Under the pieces are notes generated by a model. The model was not told the origin of the DNA. It worked only from the letters and a program-made list of their open reading frames with translations, and did not search any database. From positions 8,928,001 through 8,992,000 of the forward strand of contig OZ024748.1 of the NCBI GenBank assembly GCA_964016885.1: a stretch of 64,000 nt of DNA, in the 5' to 3' direction. How positions within the stretch are numbered: position 1 is the stretch's first letter; each line of letters begins with the position of its first letter. The stretch comes from Eledone cirrhosa. Taxonomy: Eukaryota. Below are positions 59,819 through 64,000 of the stretch, piece after piece. The position numbers and the translations under genes were made by a program.

Positions 59819-59920
59819 CAGAAGTCTAATGAGCTTTTGATTCCAGAGTCGGGCCCGATCGATAGAGATCGAAGAGATCGAACCTTGAGCTGATCAATCA
59901 CGAAACGCATGTCACCTCTG
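59819..59920 (+). ncRNA. Degenerate type I hammerhead motif, core CTAATGA (family H5), probably inactive
   Basis: cagaagt CTAATGA g…c GAAA CGCATG TC acctctg aataaa. Stem I pairs 6 of 7 positions, GUC site, flanked on both sides by (TA)n. Confidence 0.6.
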
Positions 59921-59954
59921 AATAAACGTAATGACAATTTGACACCTCGTCCAT

Positions 59955-60012
<58 letters not shown>

Positions 60013-60065
60013 ATGTATTTCCGTGCGTAATGGAATAATAATATTGCGTTGTTTATTACGTAATT

Positions 60066-60122
<57 letters not shown>

Positions 60123-61019
60123 TAATATAACTATTCATATGATTTTATTTAGGTAAACATTGCTGAAACTCTACGTTACATCATGCTGACTGTGCTAACC
60201 ATCGTAAATTGTTAAGTATTTACATTAATGCCGTAACACTTAGAATTTCGTGTTTAATTCTAGATATTAAACTGTCAATTTACGTTATGGTGTTTATAAA
60301 GCTTATCTCTTGCAGTTTATTGAATGACATCTTAACTGCAAGTAATTGTATATTTCGATGACAGATGTCTCTTTCTCCTTTCATTTTTCTTTGATATTCG
60401 TACGTTTCAGATCGATCGTTAGAACTCATCTCCTTCAATAACATGACAGAATCAATAACGGCGTTAATTCAATACAGTATTGGATCACAGGTTAATTGAC
60501 CTATCCATCAATACATTACTGTAACAATCAATAACTTGGCCGAACCAACCAATCAATAAGTTGAAACGATATTAGGAGTATAGAATATGATATTTATTGG
60601 CAGTAAGAAGACAAACATTTGTTCATATGAACGGTTTTGGTGTAAACACTTTGAGATAATGATATTCTGTTGCTAGGAATAATATCACGTGTGACAGGCT
60701 GCTGTTTAGATAAATAGATAAACTAGAGTTGTTTTTTCAACACGTTGACACGTGTGTGTAGGGGGGGGGGGGCGCGTGTGCATACATTTATATGTATGAG
60801 TATATAAATATAAACGCGCAAACACAGACTCTTACAAAAATAAACTCACAGACATACATTCACACAAATACACATACATTCACACCAACACACACATACA
60901 CACACACACTCATACACAGCGTAGGAAATGGAACGTCACCTGCAGTTTTTTATAATATTTTCACCATCCCCTTCCTTCCTTTTACACACACACCTTGTGT
61001 GACGGCCACGCTTCACGGC

Positions 61020-61196
61020 TCCGGCGAACAGAATGGAGAAGCTGTTTCCCCGGAGGATGGTAAGGGTGATGCGCTGGAAGAACCATTCTATCTCGCGAGG
61101 CTCACACGTGCAGCTAGCCAGCTCAGCGCCTATGGTGGTAAATAGGGAGGTAGCCCTGGGGCCAAAGACACCAGAAGGGTCCACTGCTAAGAGCAA
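61020..61196 (-). mobile_element. CRE-like non-LTR retrotransposon REL-domain C-terminal remnant
   Basis: LAVDPSGVFGPRATSLFTTIGAELASCTCEPREIEWFFQRITLTILRGNSFSIL matches the recalled pattern AVETxGxxG…EPRExxWLxQRIxLAIxRGNAxxI. Confidence 0.75.
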
Positions 61197-63613
61197 TGGA
61201 AGTTTTTTTTTGTTTTTTTTCTTTCAAACATTATGCTCGTGAACTATAGCCGTGTTTAACGTTGTCATATGCAGAGATCCACAGTAACTATATTCACCAG
61301 ATCACAATCATATCTTCCACGTGTAGGAATTAATCCTATTCTTCAGTTTCAGAATAATTCATTTCATGTTATTCAATAATTCAGTTATTCTCACTTTTCC
61401 TAAACATACTTCTTTTTTTTTTTAATGATGGCCCCTTTAACATATATTTCGAAAGACAGTTCCAGCTCTTCTTCACCCCTAGTATTCATCGTTTTACGAT
61501 CTGAAGGTTATTTACAGACTATTTTAACGTAAATTAATTAAAACAAACTACTTAAACATCAATAAAAGTTGTTAAATGCATTACTGAATAATTAATCATA
61601 TCTCTCTTCGATTCTCACATCACCTTTACTTCCATTAAAAGGAATCCAATCTCTTGACCTGAAATCAGGCCTTGTAAATTTGCTTTATATTAGATTACAA
61701 ATAATTTGTTTGGTTTAAGTCAAAAGGGGAGAGCGGTAAAAGATTAGCCCCGACCAAAACAGCGTCTATCAGTACATTGATGAGATTGTTTCAACATGGA
61801 TGCTTCAGTGAATAACTGACTCTCTTAAAGTTTAATTACACCGTCGCCTAACTCGTCTCCATTGTTGTAATTCATCGATTAACTTTCATATTGATTTCAT
61901 CAAATGTCGACTGATCTCAGACAATTCATGGAATTAATTTGTCACTTTCGATAACGTTGCTAACATTTGCAGCAACAATCACATTTCACAGCTCATCTTT
62001 GCTATTTCCTTTGCATTTTTTTTTTAATAAAATTATCGCTACACATTTAATTAATTCTATTTTCATCCTTCACCAAACGTGTTTCATCAAATTCCAGGGT
62101 ATCTCTTTAGAGATTCTTATACTCAAAATCTCGTTTAGAATATTGTTAAAAAAAACGCTAGAAGGGAAATCATATAAGGAAGAGACTTTTTATAAATTCT
62201 TTGTTTACTTTCTGATCTCAGCTTAAAGTGATGATGTATTTCGTAGGTCAAAGATTTACACCTAAATAAAGGAACCAAGTAATAATGTACTAAATGAACT
62301 AAACAAAAATTATTTATCAATTAATATTTTCCTCTTATTTATGGAAAAAGTAAAAAATTAATCAGAGCGACTCTACAAAAAAATAATAATAATAATTTAA
62401 AGAAATAGATCATGATTGACAGGTAAAGTGACAGCTATGAACGTATTATGGTCAGATTAGATAGCATTAACGAGGCCACGTTTTCTCAAACCTGCCGCCA
62501 TATCAGAGAACATATGTTTACAATAGATAGAATTATGAAGACTTTTGGCTTGTATTAATTCGGATAATCAAAATAAAAAGATAAAAACACTTGAGCTAAT
62601 AGACTTAGTGAACCAATGACATACATTTAGTTTAGGTAGGGGCTGATTTGTAATTTGAAAATTTAATAGAAAAGACTTTTAAAAATAAATATTGCGTTAC
62701 TTTTAAAGGATGGTGGATTGGCAGTATCGGTGGAGCATTGGACGATATACTTTACAGAATAGAAACGATTAATCCTCTTTAGCTGTTAAGTTGGAAATCT
62801 TACACGGAATAAAAATGATTCTACCTTAAGAATCAGTCATATTTGTTTTGTCACTGATCTAGCGAGATTTCAAATTAGAAATGAAATTTCAGACTATGAA
62901 ACTCCAGATTTAAACATCTGTTCATAGTTTCACTGTGACGTCCTTTATTAAAAATATAGGTAATTATTCGGTAGCTATTATTTTGCTCACCATAAAGGTG
63001 TACAATACTTAAGGAATGGTAAAGATGTTCTTTGGTTTATATCAAAGTATGTGAAAAGTTATGTTAAAGCGTTAAATTTCGTATCATTTCGTATCATTTA
63101 AGTAGGACCATTCTGTTGTTTGTAGCAACCAAATAAATGCAGCAAAATATATGTGTGCGATCAACCGTTTCTTTAACGACATTGTGTAGGATTTATCATT
63201 TGGAACAGGAACTAGTGACTGAGTCCACCTCAAAGTAAACAGAAATGTAATTTCATGCAACAATCTATAAATAGACATTTTCTTTAGCGTTAATCGCCTT
63301 GAAACTTCAGTGTAAAAAAAACTTATTCAGGTTGAAAGTTTCAATGGCGCTCAACAACTTGTCGATTTGAGACACAATATATTATTCCATGACTTAACTT
63401 GTGAAACATTACACCACACACAACAGAAAACAATGTATTGTTGTGTATGCGAACATATTTGCGAACATATTTGTTTTTAATTATTTTTATTGTTTGTAAA
63501 GGTACTATGGTTTGCAAGCCACGTTATTAGGAATGTTGATCCTACTTCGAAACTTCTGACATAATATAGCCAAAATACGTGCTGTCGCATTCATGCACAC
63601 ACATTATATATAA

Positions 63614-63779
63614 TATAAGATCAAAAGATGGTTAAAAGGGTTCCAAGTATTTTATTATGCGCATTTCAAAAACAAATATCATCATGGGATGATATCTGCG
63701 TTCTCATCAGATAAAATAGGAATACATGATATGAAGCTTAAAAAACACTTGTGAATAGTGAAGTTTTAAATCAACATAT
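63614..63779 (-). mobile_element. 166-bp hammerhead-bearing element, copy 3
   Basis: Co-linear with copies 1 and 2; same termini. Confidence 0.88.
63648..63718 (-). ncRNA. Type I hammerhead ribozyme motif (family H1), best-paired copy
   Basis: Minus strand: tattttat CTGATGA gaacgcagatatcatc-ccat-gatgatatttgttttt GAAA TGCGCA TA ataaaata. Confidence 0.87.
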
Positions 63780-64000
63780 GAAAAATAAATTAAGATTGAT
63801 GTATGAGATTGGGAAAAAGTGAGGGGGGGGGGGGGGTAAAGGTAAGGTAGGGGAAGAGATGAGAGTAAAGAATGATGGGGGAGGAGTATAAGAAAGAAGG
63901 ATGAGAGAGGAGGAGAGATGGGTGACAGAGAGAGAGAGAGATAGCCTTTACAACTGAGAAAAAAATATATATTGTCTCACAGAGAGAAATTAAAAAGCCG

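Overview
This is AT-rich, repeat-saturated eukaryotic non-coding DNA (intronic or intergenic). The SINE types and microsatellite load point to a coleoid cephalopod such as Octopus, which is an inference. I found no convincing host protein-coding exon: nearly all long ORFs in the track are translations of micro- or minisatellites. The window holds several tRNA-derived SINE families (some with clear target-site duplications), decayed fragments of Tc1/mariner, RTE, R4/Dong, Tx1/L1 and CRE-like transposons, many (TA)n/(CA)n/(GA)n tracts, and minisatellites of 12, 21, 24, 36, 46, 48 and 49 bp. The most notable signal is seven minimal type-I hammerhead ribozyme motifs from five apparently unrelated sequence families, plus one weak relic. 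Each has a palindromic or near-palindromic stem III of the dimer type known from Penelope-like elements and retrozymes, and each lies next to TA-rich sequence. Three belong to a discrete 166-bp element with identical ends and no indels. Several fold-back (inverted repeat) structures are also present.
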